From the NCBI GenBank assembly GCA_018398765.1, contig JAHBMJ010000024.1:117577-137576 (forward strand): a stretch of DNA of 20,000 nt. The letters are read 5' to 3'. Each line of letters opens with the position of its first letter. Position 1 is the stretch's first letter. A model generated the notes under the pieces. The model was not told the DNA's origin and made no database searches. It saw only the letters and a list, made by a program, of their open reading frames with translations. Below are positions 19,992-20,000 of the stretch, in pieces. The stretch comes from Chromera velia. Its lineage: Eukaryota. The position numbers and the translations under genes were made by a program.

Positions 19992-20000
19992 GTAATTCTG

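Noticed and set aside
1..20000. tRNA or rRNA genes
   Set aside because: No cloverleaf or conserved rRNA sequence recognised by eye; a covariance-model scan could not be run.

Overview
Eukaryotic nuclear DNA: roughly balanced GC, GT-AG introns with pyrimidine tracts, (GA)n and (CCAT)n microsatellites and a 329-N gap. The style suggests a chromerid/alveolate protist, but that is only an inference. No complete gene is evident. The window is a patchwork of mostly plus-strand fragments about 0.2-1.7 kb long. Recognisable pieces are a truncated Ty1/copia reverse transcriptase (1507-2479), a degenerate intron-containing DDE transposase with a DxxH motif (about 12829-14006) and several orphan exons. 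The most striking signal is a set of extremely divergent homologues of the bacterial/plastid-type RNA polymerase. The beta C-terminus is fused in frame, via an acidic linker, to the beta' N-terminus (6045-7736), and part of this unit is present as two diverged tandem copies that differ mostly at synonymous sites. A probable mid-beta segment lies at 14583-15680 and a probable beta' active-site segment, with NADFDGD degenerated to KADFEGL, at 5129-5542. All RNAP assignments are by-eye alignments to E. coli/B. subtilis sequences recalled from memory and need profile-HMM or structural confirmation.
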